DNA of 64,000 nucleotides from Methanobacteriota archaeon (GCA_002720275.1 PBHR01000001.1:10126-74125), one strand, 5' to 3'; counted from the stretch's first letter, positions 48,455 through 58,922 are shown. Notes: a model not told the origin generated them from the letters alone. Program-made: numbers and translations.

Positions 48455-51349
48455 TTATTCATTCAATAAAACTGCATCTTTAACAAGATCTTCTGATGTA
48501 TCAATTACAGCATCACCTTCAAATTTAATCCAAGTACCTTTTCCAGAAATTCTAGATTTTGTTTCATACCATGCAGTTATTATTGCAGGCAATAGGAATA
48601 CAGAAGTTATGAATGCGAAACCGATTAGTAGAAACATTAGCATGAAGAAATTTTCTAATCCTGGGAATGCTACAAGGAATCCTGCTGAGATTCCTGCCAT
48701 TGTAGTGGCACTTGTTTCGAAAATAGTCTGACCCGTAGATTCTATAGAACGAGCCAAACCACTCGGTGTTTCACCTTCTTCTCTTATTCTTTCAATCATA
48801 TGAATACAATCATCGACACCAATTCCAAAAACAATACTTCCTACCATTGCCGTAAATACATTTACATTCACATCTCCTCCTCTCATCAGCAATGGCTGCC
48901 ATAAAATAACAATCGCAACTGGAATCATTGTTGTAACTCCAATTCTAAAATTTCTAAAAACAATTACAAGAAAAGCAGTTAATACAAATAGTGTAACTAT
49001 TGTTGTTAATGCTTGTGTGTCATGAATTCCTTTGTTAATGTCCAAAGAAACAGGCAAACCTCCTGTTAATTTACTTGTTCCTGTATTAAGTAATATTGAT
49101 TCTTCAGCTAAAATCACATCAATTTCATCTCTGAGTCCGCCTGCTTTAATCAGGTTCATGTATGGTTGTTCAACATATACTAGGGTTTTTGTTTCATTTT
49201 CATTCATTAGCATTGATCTGACTTCTTCACTTAATGTGTCTAAGGAAACATCTACAAGATCACCTCTTAATTCTGCCCTTGATCCTGAATCTAATTGTTC
49301 CATTGCAAATAATGATACGCATAATGGCAACTCTGTAAGGCCTACATTACTGTCTCCATCCCATTCCCAACATTCACTATGTAATATTCCCCATAGGCTA
49401 TCTGTATATACATTATTTCCGTCCAGTCCTATTGTGACATAAATGCTTTTTAGAAACGTGATTAGGCTTGTTGTCGTAGTATTATCTACATTAGAGACTC
49501 TATTTTCAACTAAATTGATAGTATCAAGTACAGGAAGGTCCCTGATTTGAGTTGTTCCATTAAATGAACTTCGTTCTTCTGCAGAAAATATGAACATACT
49601 TGTTTGTCCAGATTGGAATTCAACAGAATAGTTTGCTAATGTCTCAAGAGATCTTATTCCCTCAGGTGCTTCGGAAGAACCAGCAATAGGCTTGCTCAAT
49701 TCTTCTTGCATATACATTAATCCCCATCCAGAAAATAATGCTGTGATGATTAATATTACAGCAAAATACCTTACTGGCATTTTACCGATATTTCTCCAAG
49801 ATGATGGATTTGCTCTTTTATTAAATCTTAGTAACCAAGCTAAAACTGGAACTAAAATACATGAAAAGAGAAGTGTACATAGAATTCCGAGAACAAGAGT
49901 AATCCCTACAGTTCTCATTGGAACAATCGGAACTAACCCACTAATTGTTAAGACTCCAAAACCAATCATTGTAGTAATTGCAGATAAAAGAACCGCTTTA
50001 CCTGTAGTCCCCATTGTTTCCATTACTGCTTCTCTAAACAAATCTGAATCCCAACTATCAGGTAAAATTTCTTCTGGGTTTCCTAACTGTCTAGATTTGT
50101 AATTTCTTTCTTGAATTTCATCTAAAATCCTTCTTTTTGATTCTTCTATTCGATTCACAAGATGTAATGCATAATCAACACCTAAACCCACAAGGATTGG
50201 TCCTGCAGAAATAATCATTGGAGTTAACATGACATCAAACACTACTGTAGAACCTATTGTGACGGCTAAGGCCATTACTATTGGAATTCCTGAAATAAGC
50301 ACAATTTTCCAACTTCTATGTAATAAAGTAACAATTCCGACAACAAAAACCAAACTCCATGGCATTATTTTTGTTAAATCATCATAAACTGCGTCTGAAA
50401 TGTCTTCTAATACTTTAGTTAAACCAGTAAGTGTCATTGTAGTTTGAGAAAATCCTACAGAACTTCTATTGTCTAGTATATTTTGTACATGAACATGTAT
50501 TTCTGAAAAATCTTTGTGATCTGCAGTCGAAAGATCATGTCTTAACCCAATTAAAATAAATGTTGTATCCCAAATTCCATCATCATTAGAGTCATATACC
50601 ATCCCAGATAATGACCCCTCTAACCTAGAAACAATTTCATCAATTCTATCTTGATCAGGAATGCTATAACTTCCCCATGGGCCTTGATCCGTTTCAGTAC
50701 AAGGAATTGAAAGAGGGACTCTTTCTTCTAATCCATGTTCACAAAGTGATTTTACAAATCGCCCATCACTACTATTTGCTTCTTTAATTATTTGTGAAAT
50801 TGATAGAACCCAAACAATGCCATCTTCTTTGCCTCGATCATCTTTTTTGTAATCGAGACCTCTCCTTGTAGAACTTTCTCCAATGTTTTCATCATCACCT
50901 TCGACCCAACTAATTTCTTTCAATATACTTTCGTCAGTTACATTGAGACCTTCATTTTCATATTTTGCATTACTTGTTTGAATATATATTAGAGAGATGT
51001 CTGTAGACCATTGTTCTCTAACTTCTAGTAGAAGATCGGTTGATTCAGCACCTTCAGGTAGATAGATTTCAACATCTCCAACAATTTGTTCTTCGAAATC
51101 TTTTGCAGAATATGCAAACCACCCCGTAATTAGTATCATGAATGCAAGCGTTACTACTGGAGCTGCAAGAACAGTTTTGTAAGTTTTATCTAGATTTTCA
51201 GTTACTTTCTCTCCAACTTTTTCAATTACTTGATCTATATTTTTATTTGCGACATTTATTTTTCCAGTGCCATAGTTCATGGCTTTTTTATATATGCTAT
51301 TTGAACTATCTTTACTTGTCACATTCACCCCGAGTCGAGTCAATACCAT
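48455..51349 (-). CDS. RND-superfamily exporter (MMPL/SSD-type, 12 TM with two large extracytoplasmic loops)
   Basis: 964 aa with two clusters of 5-6 TM helices, each followed or preceded by a large soluble loop. Typical MMPL/HpnN-like topology. Confidence 0.6.
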   Translation of the reverse strand: MVLTRLGVNVTSKDSSNSIYKKAMNYGTGKINVANKNIDQVIEKVGEKVTENLDKTYKTVLAAPVVTLAFMILITGWFAYSAKDFEEQIVGDVEIYLPEGAESTDLLLEVREQWSTDISLIYIQTSNAKYENEGLNVTDESILKEISWVEGDDENIGESSTRRGLDYKKDDRGKEDGIVWVLSISQIIKEANSSDGRFVKSLCEHGLEERVPLSIPCTETDQGPWGSYSIPDQDRIDEIVSRLEGSLSGMVYDSNDDGIWDTTFILIGLRHDLSTADHKDFSEIHVHVQNILDNRSSVGFSQTTMTLTGLTKVLEDISDAVYDDLTKIMPWSLVFVVGIVTLLHRSWKIVLISGIPIVMALAVTIGSTVVFDVMLTPMIISAGPILVGLGVDYALHLVNRIEESKRRILDEIQERNYKSRQLGNPEEILPDSWDSDLFREAVMETMGTTGKAVLLSAITTMIGFGVLTISGLVPIVPMRTVGITLVLGILCTLLFSCILVPVLAWLLRFNKRANPSSWRNIGKMPVRYFAVILIITALFSGWGLMYMQEELSKPIAGSSEAPEGIRSLETLANYSVEFQSGQTSMFIFSAEERSSFNGTTQIRDLPVLDTINLVENRVSNVDNTTTTSLITFLKSIYVTIGLDGNNVYTDSLWGILHSECWEWDGDSNVGLTELPLCVSLFAMEQLDSGSRAELRGDLVDVSLDTLSEEVRSMLMNENETKTLVYVEQPYMNLIKAGGLRDEIDVILAEESILLNTGTSKLTGGLPVSLDINKGIHDTQALTTIVTLFVLTAFLVIVFRNFRIGVTTMIPVAIVILWQPLLMRGGDVNVNVFTAMVGSIVFGIGVDDCIHMIERIREEGETPSGLARSIESTGQTIFETSATTMAGISAGFLVAFPGLENFFMLMFLLIGFAFITSVFLLPAIITAWYETKSRISGKGTWIKFEGDAVIDTSEDLVKDAVLLNE

Positions 51350-51374
51350 GAATTAAACCCATGAAAATTGATAA

Positions 51375-52388
51375 TTATTGTTGAATTGAATCTTTGAGTA
51401 CTTTACGTGCATATTGTAATACTATTCCAGAGACTAATAGCGGGATTCCAAGAGCCCCAATCCAAACAAAGGTTACTCCTGGGCCTACAGTGACTCCAGT
51501 CCATTCAGAAACATGATTTATGGTCCTTAAACCAAACAAAGCCCCAATTGTTACCATTATTAATCCAGGTAATCCAAATACTAAGAATGGTTTTTTCTGG
51601 GACAGTGTCGATAATGCGTAACTAAATACAGAAATTCCATGGGGGATTGGGTGTAAACTGGATGTGTTCTTTAAATCATATCTAATTGTTGTAGGGACTT
51701 CAAGAATTCTTAACCCTTTTTCTGAAATAGATTCTAGAATTTCTAATGATGATTTCATCCCTTCGTTTTCAAATCTAACTGCATTTATTGCTGCTTTGTT
51801 AAATGCTCTGTAGCCAGATTGTGTGTCTCTTATATGCTGTTTTGAGTGTAATTTACTTACTGTATTTATTAAATTTAAACCAAATTTTCGGTATGTGGGC
51901 ATGTCCTTACTTTTTCCCCCACTAACAAATCTTGAGCCAATTACTAGGTCTGCTTTATTTTCTGATAATGGTTTAATCATTTTTGGTAAATCTCCAGGAT
52001 CATGTTGCCCATCACTATCAATTAGAACAACAATTGATGCATTTTTTTCTTTTGCATAACTAAAAAAAGTCTTGGCAACTCCACCAACTCCACGATTTTT
52101 TTCGTGTGAGATTACTGTTGCACCAGCATCTTTTGAAATTTCTGCGGATTTATCGGATGAACAATCATCTATGCAGACTACTTCATCTGCATATTCTAAG
52201 CATGAAAGAATAATTGATGCAATAGTTTCCTCTGAATTATAGAGAGGTATTCCAATAATGACATAATCGTCAATTGGTTTTTTTCCCTCATCACCTTGCA
52301 TTATTGCTTGCAATGCTAATTTGTATTTGGTCTTGCCTAATGTATTTATGAAAAACATTTGTTTGTAGTTGTCAGTAAATATATTCAA
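51375..52388 (-). CDS. Family 2 glycosyltransferase with C-terminal TM helices
   Basis: YVIIGIPLYNSEETI...IDDCSSDKS...DSDGQHDP. C-terminal hydrophobic region. True start may be the internal Met at 52331. Confidence 0.75.
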   Translation of the reverse strand: MNIFTDNYKQMFFINTLGKTKYKLALQAIMQGDEGKKPIDDYVIIGIPLYNSEETIASIILSCLEYADEVVCIDDCSSDKSAEISKDAGATVISHEKNRGVGGVAKTFFSYAKEKNASIVVLIDSDGQHDPGDLPKMIKPLSENKADLVIGSRFVSGGKSKDMPTYRKFGLNLINTVSKLHSKQHIRDTQSGYRAFNKAAINAVRFENEGMKSSLEILESISEKGLRILEVPTTIRYDLKNTSSLHPIPHGISVFSYALSTLSQKKPFLVFGLPGLIMVTIGALFGLRTINHVSEWTGVTVGPGVTFVWIGALGIPLLVSGIVLQYARKVLKDSIQQ

Positions 52389-52415
52389 AACAGAATGAGT
52401 ACTCCGAAATGCATA

Positions 52416-53369
52416 ATGAGCCGTATACTTGTAACTGGAGGTGCTGGATTTATTGGGTCACATTTAGTTGATGAATTGATTAAAGGTGGAAATGAAGTTG
52501 TTGTTTATGATAATTTTTCTAGCGGAAGGAAAGAATTCTTAGAGAATTCCCTTTCAACAGGTAATGTTGAATTAGTAACTGGAGATTTATTAAATTTGGA
52601 AATGTTAACTAAGGCAATGGAAGGAATAGATTTAGTGTATCATTTAGCAGCTAATCCTGATATTCGTTTGGGCACTTCTGTTACAGATACAGACCTTAAA
52701 CAAGGAACAATTGCAACATATAATGTTTTAGAATCAATGAGAAAAAATGGATGTAAGAATATCGCTTTTTCTTCCTCGTCAGTTGTTTATGGCGAGGCTA
52801 AATTAATGCCAACTCCTGAAGATTACGGCCCTCTATTTCCAATAAGTTTGTATGGCGCATCAAAATTAGGTTCAGAGGGTTTAATTAGTGCATGGGTTGG
52901 AACTTTTGGAATTAAGGCCTGGATCTTTAGATTTGCAAATATAATAGGAACTAGAGGGACTCATGGTGTTATTTTTGATTTTATCCATAAGTTGAAAAAA
53001 GACTCAAGTAGGTTAGAAGTTTTAGGAAATGGGTTACAAGAAAAGTCATATATGGAAGTAATTGACTGTTCTAGAGCAATGATTCACGTGGTGAACAATT
53101 TTGATGAACAGCTAAATTATGTAAATCTTGGCTCCTCTAATACTTGTTCAGTCAGTAGAATTGCTCAACTTGTAATTGAAGAATCTGGATTTTCAGAAGT
53201 AAGTATTGAATTTACAGGTGGAGATAGAGGATGGGCAGGAGATGTTCCAAAAGCAATGTTGGACGTTAAAAAATTAAATGATAGTGGTTTTAAATGTGAA
53301 TTTCAGAGCGATGAGGCTGTAAGGTTCACTGCTAAATCATTAATTAAAGAAATCGGGTTAGGTGTTTAA
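52416..53369 (+). CDS. NAD-dependent epimerase/dehydratase (UDP-sugar 4-epimerase-like)
   Basis: MSRILVTGGAGFIGSHLVDEL Rossmann motif, YxxxK region YGASKLGSE. Confidence 0.8.
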   Translation: MSRILVTGGAGFIGSHLVDELIKGGNEVVVYDNFSSGRKEFLENSLSTGNVELVTGDLLNLEMLTKAMEGIDLVYHLAANPDIRLGTSVTDTDLKQGTIATYNVLESMRKNGCKNIAFSSSSVVYGEAKLMPTPEDYGPLFPISLYGASKLGSEGLISAWVGTFGIKAWIFRFANIIGTRGTHGVIFDFIHKLKKDSSRLEVLGNGLQEKSYMEVIDCSRAMIHVVNNFDEQLNYVNLGSSNTCSVSRIAQLVIEESGFSEVSIEFTGGDRGWAGDVPKAMLDVKKLNDSGFKCEFQSDEAVRFTAKSLIKEIGLGV

Positions 53370-54096
53370 ATTGAGGACCAGTCGTATAGAAAGAAATGAG
53401 TCTGGTGCAGAATGGATGCCTGCAGCAATATTCATGGTAGGTCTTTTGATTGTATCATTTATTTTTGTTTATGCCAATACTAATGGGGTAAAAACAGGGA
53501 TTGAAAAAGGAGATATGGCGCCTGATTTTACGGCCTTAGCTCACCTTCCTGGAAATGACACTTCGGATTGGTTTTCTTATCGCTTGTATGAAAATTTAGA
53601 TTTTAATTGGTCAGGAAATCATTCAGAAGGCGTATTTACAATAATAGAATTTTTAGATACAGATTGCCCTTATTGTTGGGACACTGCTCATAAATTAAGT
53701 TCTTTAGATAGTCAGTTGACTGATTATGGTGTAAGGAATAGAGTACAGTTTGTAATAATCGCCGTTCAATTGCCAATCCCTGGTCATGTTTCATCTATAG
53801 AAGAAATAGTAGCATTCCAAGAAAAACTTCCACACCCCGGGTGTAAAAGTGATGGTGCAGATTGCTCAACTCGACCCGGAGAGGTTCACCCAGGTGTATA
53901 TATTGATGATACTAGCAATGAAATTTTTGAGATATTTGGCCCTAGAGGAACCCCTCATTATATGATTTTAAAACCAAATGGAATTGTTGGTTGGAATGGA
54001 ATGACAGATTCATTAGATGAGATCGGTATTGAATTAGCAAATCTAATTTGTAAAGATGGCGGAGAAAACCAATTGTGTAATGAGATAAATGGGTGA
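53362..54096 (+). CDS. Membrane-anchored thioredoxin-fold thiol:disulfide oxidoreductase (TlpA/ResA-like)
   Basis: N-terminal TM, GDMAPDFTA (redoxin-type), CPYC active site. Confidence 0.5.
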   Translation: MFKLRTSRIERNESGAEWMPAAIFMVGLLIVSFIFVYANTNGVKTGIEKGDMAPDFTALAHLPGNDTSDWFSYRLYENLDFNWSGNHSEGVFTIIEFLDTDCPYCWDTAHKLSSLDSQLTDYGVRNRVQFVIIAVQLPIPGHVSSIEEIVAFQEKLPHPGCKSDGADCSTRPGEVHPGVYIDDTSNEIFEIFGPRGTPHYMILKPNGIVGWNGMTDSLDEIGIELANLICKDGGENQLCNEING

Positions 54097-54686
54097 ATGA
54101 AATGGACTGGCCTCTCTATCTTTATCTTCTTTTTATCTTTTCGGGATTCTTTCTTACAACTCCATTTGGTAAAAAATTCTCTTCAAAATTTAATAATGAC
54201 CAATCAAGGATTATTTCGGGATCATTAATTTTAGCTTTTGGAGGATATTTAGTTAGTACTCATACCTATTATATTCACGAAAAGTTACATGAAGTAGGTG
54301 GAAATTCTGGTTGCTCAGCATTTAGTGTATTTAATTGCGGGGATGTAATTTCTAATGGGTCTTACAACACTGACCCGTTTTTTGGAATTCCATGGGGAGT
54401 TCTAGGAATGTTATCCTTTGCAACAATGTTGTTTATTCTTTTAGTTTTGAGAAATTCACCAGAAGATCCAAAAATTGTTAATTGGATAAATGCCCTATTT
54501 GTAATTCCTGCTTTGGGTATGTTGCCAATCTTATGGCTTATTTATGTTGAAATTTTTAAATTAGGTGTATTTTGTCAATACTGTACTGCTGCTCATATCG
54601 CTAATTTATTTCTTTTAATCTCTTCATATATGATTTATGATCTTCACCACTCAGGTTCTTGGGAAAAAAATAAAAATAGTGATTAA
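54093..54686 (+). CDS. Vitamin K epoxide reductase (VKOR) family membrane protein
   Basis: 4-5 TM helices. Loop cysteine pair C-SAFSVFN-C (7-residue spacing as in VKOR) and intramembrane CQYC (CxxC). Confidence 0.55.
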   Translation: MNEMDWPLYLYLLFIFSGFFLTTPFGKKFSSKFNNDQSRIISGSLILAFGGYLVSTHTYYIHEKLHEVGGNSGCSAFSVFNCGDVISNGSYNTDPFFGIPWGVLGMLSFATMLFILLVLRNSPEDPKIVNWINALFVIPALGMLPILWLIYVEIFKLGVFCQYCTAAHIANLFLLISSYMIYDLHHSGSWEKNKNSD

Positions 54687-54690
54687 TAGT

Positions 54691-54963
54691 TCATGGTGTA
54701 TATTCTTCATGGGTGTTGAATAAATCTATTTCAGCATTATTTTGGACAATTTCTAGCATTAATATTGTGACTTCAATTCTAGCTTCAGAAGGGTATCTTT
54801 CCCTTAGGTGCGAAAAAAGTTTAATTTGAACTTCTTTAATGTCAATTGCTTCAATTACATCAAGATGATGTTCTGATCCATTGCTGGATTCTACTGTATA
54901 TTCTATTAACCATTCATTTAGTATTGGCCATGTTAAACTCTTTTGCTCCAGACGCTCCTTCAT
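54691..54963 (-). CDS. Hypothetical protein
   Basis: 90-aa ORF. Confidence 0.3.
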   Translation of the reverse strand: MKERLEQKSLTWPILNEWLIEYTVESSNGSEHHLDVIEAIDIKEVQIKLFSHLRERYPSEARIEVTILMLEIVQNNAEIDLFNTHEEYTP

Positions 54964-55034
54964 GTTATGTTTACTAGCATACTAGCACATAATACATTCG
55001 CATTAAAACATCATTTTTTATTGATTTTTCAAGC

Positions 55035-55979
55035 TTATTCATTTTCTTCATTTTTTGGATCAGAATTTATTTTTCCTAATGCAGCAAAGACACCTAAAGA
55101 AAAAATCATTATGAATATTGAAATGTAAAGAATATTCTCTTCTTTGGAAAGATCACCTTGGACAATTTTTACAGCACCTAAAACAGAGGTAATATTTTCA
55201 TTTTGTATTTCGTGAGTCGCTAAAAAGCCAAAATTTTCAAAATTCACATTTCCTTTAATGTTATGTGTTGCTAAAATTATTGTTTTATTTTCCGATTGAT
55301 TTGTAATAAAATCCCATTCATTATTTCCTGAAATTATTGTTTTATTCATTAAATCTATACTAATCATCTCTATTAAAACATTATCAAATTTATTCAATTC
55401 GCCAATATGATTGTTTGAAACAACCTCATTTTCAGTAATCATGATATTTGCAGAGCCTGTTAATTCCGAATCAAGGTGCATCTCAAAGTGTATTGAATTA
55501 TTTATTCTTTTAGCAGAAAAATAAATTTCTGTAAAATTTGATTTTTTACTTTGTGTTTGCATTATTTTTGAATTAAGCATGTTTATTTCATTTGCACCTT
55601 CCATTGCCATTTTTCCATCTAATAGGAATGTTGGGGCTTGTATTGAAGGAGAATTATTGAAAAGTTGATTTATTCTTTTTGAACTAGCATAATTTCCAAG
55701 ATCATCAACTCCATCAGCAGGGTGAAGTGCGATTAAGGCAACTCTTTCATTATGCATTAATGCTAAATCTTTAATCTCTGGGTCTATTTCAGCACACACT
55801 TGGCACCATGTTGCTGTGTATTCATCTAAAATTATAGTTGAACCCCCAGTGGTTTCAATTCCTTTAACTAGTTCTTTTGAGAAGGATTCAGAATTAATTA
55901 TGGTACCATTTAATGTAAATATTATTAAAATAAATATTGAAATTAATGCCTTGTTGTTATTTCCCATCATCCGCTTCAA
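55035..55979 (-). CDS. Secreted thioredoxin-fold protein with C-terminal TM anchor
   Basis: Signal peptide, WCQVC active site, cis-Pro region APTFLLDG, C-terminal TM ILYISIFIMIFSLGVFAAL. Confidence 0.5.
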   Translation of the reverse strand: MKRMMGNNNKALISIFILIIFTLNGTIINSESFSKELVKGIETTGGSTIILDEYTATWCQVCAEIDPEIKDLALMHNERVALIALHPADGVDDLGNYASSKRINQLFNNSPSIQAPTFLLDGKMAMEGANEINMLNSKIMQTQSKKSNFTEIYFSAKRINNSIHFEMHLDSELTGSANIMITENEVVSNNHIGELNKFDNVLIEMISIDLMNKTIISGNNEWDFITNQSENKTIILATHNIKGNVNFENFGFLATHEIQNENITSVLGAVKIVQGDLSKEENILYISIFIMIFSLGVFAALGKINSDPKNEENE

Positions 55980-56031
55980 TATGTCCCAAACATTACGGGT
56001 CTTTTATTCGCTTGTCTAACTTCGGAAAGAT

Positions 56032-56748
56032 ATGGCGGACAGATGGGCAGATTCTCATAGGCGTGATGCTTGGAGAAAAAAGGCTAAAAATTCTGGTTAT
56101 CGGGCGAGGTCTGCATTTAAGTTATTACAAATTCAAGAGAAATTTAATGTCATTCGGGAGGGTGATTTGGTTTTGGATGTGGGTGCACATCCCGGCGGTT
56201 GGTCACAGGTTTCAGTTGAATGTGTAGGAGAGAACGGAAAAGTTGTAGGTGTTGATTTAGAACCCTGTGAACCAATTGAATTTTGTACATTTATAGTTGG
56301 AGATATTACTGTTGATGAAACACAAAGCAAGGTTATTGAAGCTTTTTCTGATTCTATGATTAATTCGATTGTTTCAGATATTTCTCCTAACCTTACAGGG
56401 AACTGGTCCAGAGATCAAATAATCTCAATGCAATTAGTTGCTTCAGTTTTTGACTTTTCTTTGCCTTTACTTTGCCCAGGTGGGAATTTTGTGACAAAAA
56501 TATTTCAGGGTGAGGGGATTGAAAATTTAATTAATTTAATTAAACCCCGATTTTCTACAGTAAAAAGGTATTCTCCAGATGCGAGTAGAAATAGTTCATC
56601 TGAAGTATATTTGATATGTAAAAATCATTTGCCTTGGAAAAATAAAGCTACATCCATACTTTCTGACTTGAATTCATTTTATGAAGGTAAAAAAGAAGAT
56701 GAAACAGAAAAAACTGCTATGGGTTTTAGATTACACAAAGCAAAATAA
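56032..56748 (+). CDS. rlmE: 23S rRNA (uridine-2'-O)-methyltransferase RlmE/FtsJ
   Basis: GYRARSAFKLLQIQEKFNVI...DLVLDVGAHPGGWSQV. Confidence 0.85.
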   Translation: MADRWADSHRRDAWRKKAKNSGYRARSAFKLLQIQEKFNVIREGDLVLDVGAHPGGWSQVSVECVGENGKVVGVDLEPCEPIEFCTFIVGDITVDETQSKVIEAFSDSMINSIVSDISPNLTGNWSRDQIISMQLVASVFDFSLPLLCPGGNFVTKIFQGEGIENLINLIKPRFSTVKRYSPDASRNSSSEVYLICKNHLPWKNKATSILSDLNSFYEGKKEDETEKTAMGFRLHKAK

Positions 56749-56797
56749 ATCCCTATATGCTCATATAGTGGAAGTAAGTCGGCGCTTCGAAGATACT

Positions 56798-56965
56798 ATG
56801 GCAAAGAGAGCAGATGTGTGTAATTCCTCAGGAGTCCCATTAGTAGAACCAAATTCAACTTCATTTCCATGTCCAGAGTGTGGGACACATATTGGAAGGA
56901 GTCCTATCTGTAGGAATCAAGGTGTAACTTACATCTGCCCTAGTTGCGGTTTCACGGGTCCTTGA
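56798..56965 (+). CDS. Small zinc-ribbon protein (the type commonly preceding aEF-1beta)
   Basis: 55 aa. CPECGTHIGRSPICRNQGVTYICPSCG. The track ORF from 56681 is an upstream over-extension into rlmE. Confidence 0.5.
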   Translation: MAKRADVCNSSGVPLVEPNSTSFPCPECGTHIGRSPICRNQGVTYICPSCGFTGP

Positions 56966-56974
56966 GGTGTTAAA

Positions 56975-57247
56975 ATGGGTGAGGTTGCTGTACAATATAA
57001 GATAATGCCTGATCCTGATATTGAGGTAAATGTAGATGATTTGATGAATCTTTTACAGAACTTAGATGAATCACTTGGAAAAGTTCATAATGTTGAGAAA
57101 AAGCCTTTGGCGTTTGGTTTGATGTTCATAGAATTACATGCAGTAATTGAGGATGCTGAAGGACTTATTGACAAATTCGAAGCAGAAATGAGTAGTATTG
57201 AAGGTGTTGGTGAAATAGAAGTTCTTGGTATGGGAAGGCTTCTTTGA
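56975..57247 (+). CDS. Elongation factor 1-beta (aEF-1beta)
   Basis: 90 aa. MGEVAVQYKIMPD...LAFGLMFIELHAVIEDAEG matches the archaeal EF1B fold. Confidence 0.85.
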   Translation: MGEVAVQYKIMPDPDIEVNVDDLMNLLQNLDESLGKVHNVEKKPLAFGLMFIELHAVIEDAEGLIDKFEAEMSSIEGVGEIEVLGMGRLL

Positions 57248-57250
57248 TTT

Positions 57251-58654
57251 CTAATAGTGGTTTATTGGTGATCTCATAATTTCTCTTAGGAATACTGTAG
57301 CATAAGATCCAGGCGGAAGATCAAATTTAAATTTAATTGAAGCACCTTCGGGATTCCATCTATCACCTTTTTGTGGCCCTTCGTCCCAAATTTTAGATTC
57401 CTCATTATCTACTTCTTTTGAGCAAACCTCAATTGTAAGGTTTGAATATGTACTTGTTAATGCTCTTCGAGATCCTGAAGATGACAAACGGGGTATTTTT
57501 TCAATTTGCCAACTATCTTTGCTGTAGTTCATTTCTGAAATTATTTCACGTTCAAGTTTTCCAGATTCACCTTCGGCAAGAATTTCAGAAAAGCCCGGCA
57601 GAGGTCCTGTGACTGCCAACCGGCCTAATTTACAGTTATGCTCGATTCTATTTTTCGAATCTTTTTCAACAATTGTTAACGTCTTTAGATCCACATTTCT
57701 TTTTTCTGTTAAATGACCTACTATGTCCCCCTTTAATGGTTTGTTTAAAGATAAATTTGATTTGATTCTCAAGGCCAAATATTTATTGAAAATCTTTGAT
57801 TGTACGGCATGTATAAACATTAATTGTAAATTGTTTGGTAATGTCTTAAATGCTGAAATGTGATTATTTGTTTTTTTTAAATCAAGTAAGATCCTTTTTT
57901 CATAATTCAACCTATTAGGTATTATTTCTAAACATTTTTCAATGTCCTTTGAATCATTCCATAATTTTCTGAATTTAGATACTTCGTCGTTTTCAAATTG
58001 ACTAACCATGCCGATGTAAGTATCAACTGCCTTTCTAAAATCGTTTTCAATTATGTTTTTCCCAACTTCGGCAGTAACTGCTCTTACTCCTCCAAATCTT
58101 TGGGGGCCTATCCAATTTGGAAATATTCCCTTACCTAATTTTTCTTCCATTTTTGAAATGATAGAATTAATGTTTTTCATTGCTTCATCATCTGCCATGG
58201 GACTTCCATCAATTTTTGCACAACCGCGTACAATTACTGTGAATTTATTTGATTGATGATCTCCAAATTTCAATTTTTGATGTGTTCTTCCAATGTATGA
58301 TATTTTAACATCATTTAATTCAACTCTTTCAATTTTATTAATTGGAGCATCTACAATCATTAATTGAGTAGTTACCGCTCTTTTATCTTTTGTTCCTGAA
58401 AACCAAATCCTATTTCTTGATATTTTGAGTTCTCTAGCAAATCTGTTTATGAATCTATTTGTTTCCCAATTTCTAAGTGTTACTTCAATTACTGAAAATC
58501 TTCCTTTGGAGTCTAATCCAATTTTTTTGAACGATTCTTCAACTCTAAAATCAGATATTTTTACTTTAATTATTCCGCCAATGCCTTCATTTTCGACAGT
58601 GTATGTGTCTAGGCCGACCTTTCTTTCAATATCTGAAATTGTGGCTGTTGCCAC
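57251..58654 (-). CDS. truD: tRNA pseudouridine(13) synthase TruD (Pus7-like)
   Basis: Catalytic motif FSGTKDKRAVTTQ and NWIGPQRFGG. Confidence 0.7.
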   Translation of the reverse strand: MATATISDIERKVGLDTYTVENEGIGGIIKVKISDFRVEESFKKIGLDSKGRFSVIEVTLRNWETNRFINRFARELKISRNRIWFSGTKDKRAVTTQLMIVDAPINKIERVELNDVKISYIGRTHQKLKFGDHQSNKFTVIVRGCAKIDGSPMADDEAMKNINSIISKMEEKLGKGIFPNWIGPQRFGGVRAVTAEVGKNIIENDFRKAVDTYIGMVSQFENDEVSKFRKLWNDSKDIEKCLEIIPNRLNYEKRILLDLKKTNNHISAFKTLPNNLQLMFIHAVQSKIFNKYLALRIKSNLSLNKPLKGDIVGHLTEKRNVDLKTLTIVEKDSKNRIEHNCKLGRLAVTGPLPGFSEILAEGESGKLEREIISEMNYSKDSWQIEKIPRLSSSGSRRALTSTYSNLTIEVCSKEVDNEESKIWDEGPQKGDRWNPEGASIKFKFDLPPGSYATVFLREIMRSPINHY

Positions 58655-58658
58655 AGAA

Positions 58659-58922
58659 TCACTCCTTAAGAGTGATTGAACCGAATTCTTTTGATATGTC
58701 TTTACAAACGTCTTGAATTAATTTTACAGGATTTGTTTTACCCTTGGTTCTGATGTATAGTTCCGGGTCATCTAATTCCGGATGGCCTGGGAAGAAGTTT
58801 ACATATTCAACAGACTTATTATCGTCAAGTTTAGCCCGAAATAATTCTAGTGAAGTGTGGCTTTCACCTTCAAATCTTAGTTTCAATTCATTCCCTTCTT
58901 TTTGTAGGACCTTTATTGGCAT
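58659..58922 (-). CDS. rpoL: DNA-directed RNA polymerase subunit L (Rpo11)
   Basis: NELKLRFEGESHTSLELFRAKL...FFPGHPELDDPELYIRTKG matches the RpoL/Rpb11 fold signature. Confidence 0.65.
   Translation of the reverse strand: MPIKVLQKEGNELKLRFEGESHTSLELFRAKLDDNKSVEYVNFFPGHPELDDPELYIRTKGKTNPVKLIQDVCKDISKEFGSITLKE

Noticed and set aside
49032-50102. Plus-strand ORFs inside the RND exporter gene
   Set aside because: Antisense shadow ORFs within a 964-aa gene with consistent TM architecture.
56681-56797. Upstream extension of the zinc-ribbon gene (track start 56681)
   Set aside because: The extension overlaps the 3' end of rlmE in another frame. The conserved zinc-ribbon protein begins at ATG 56798.
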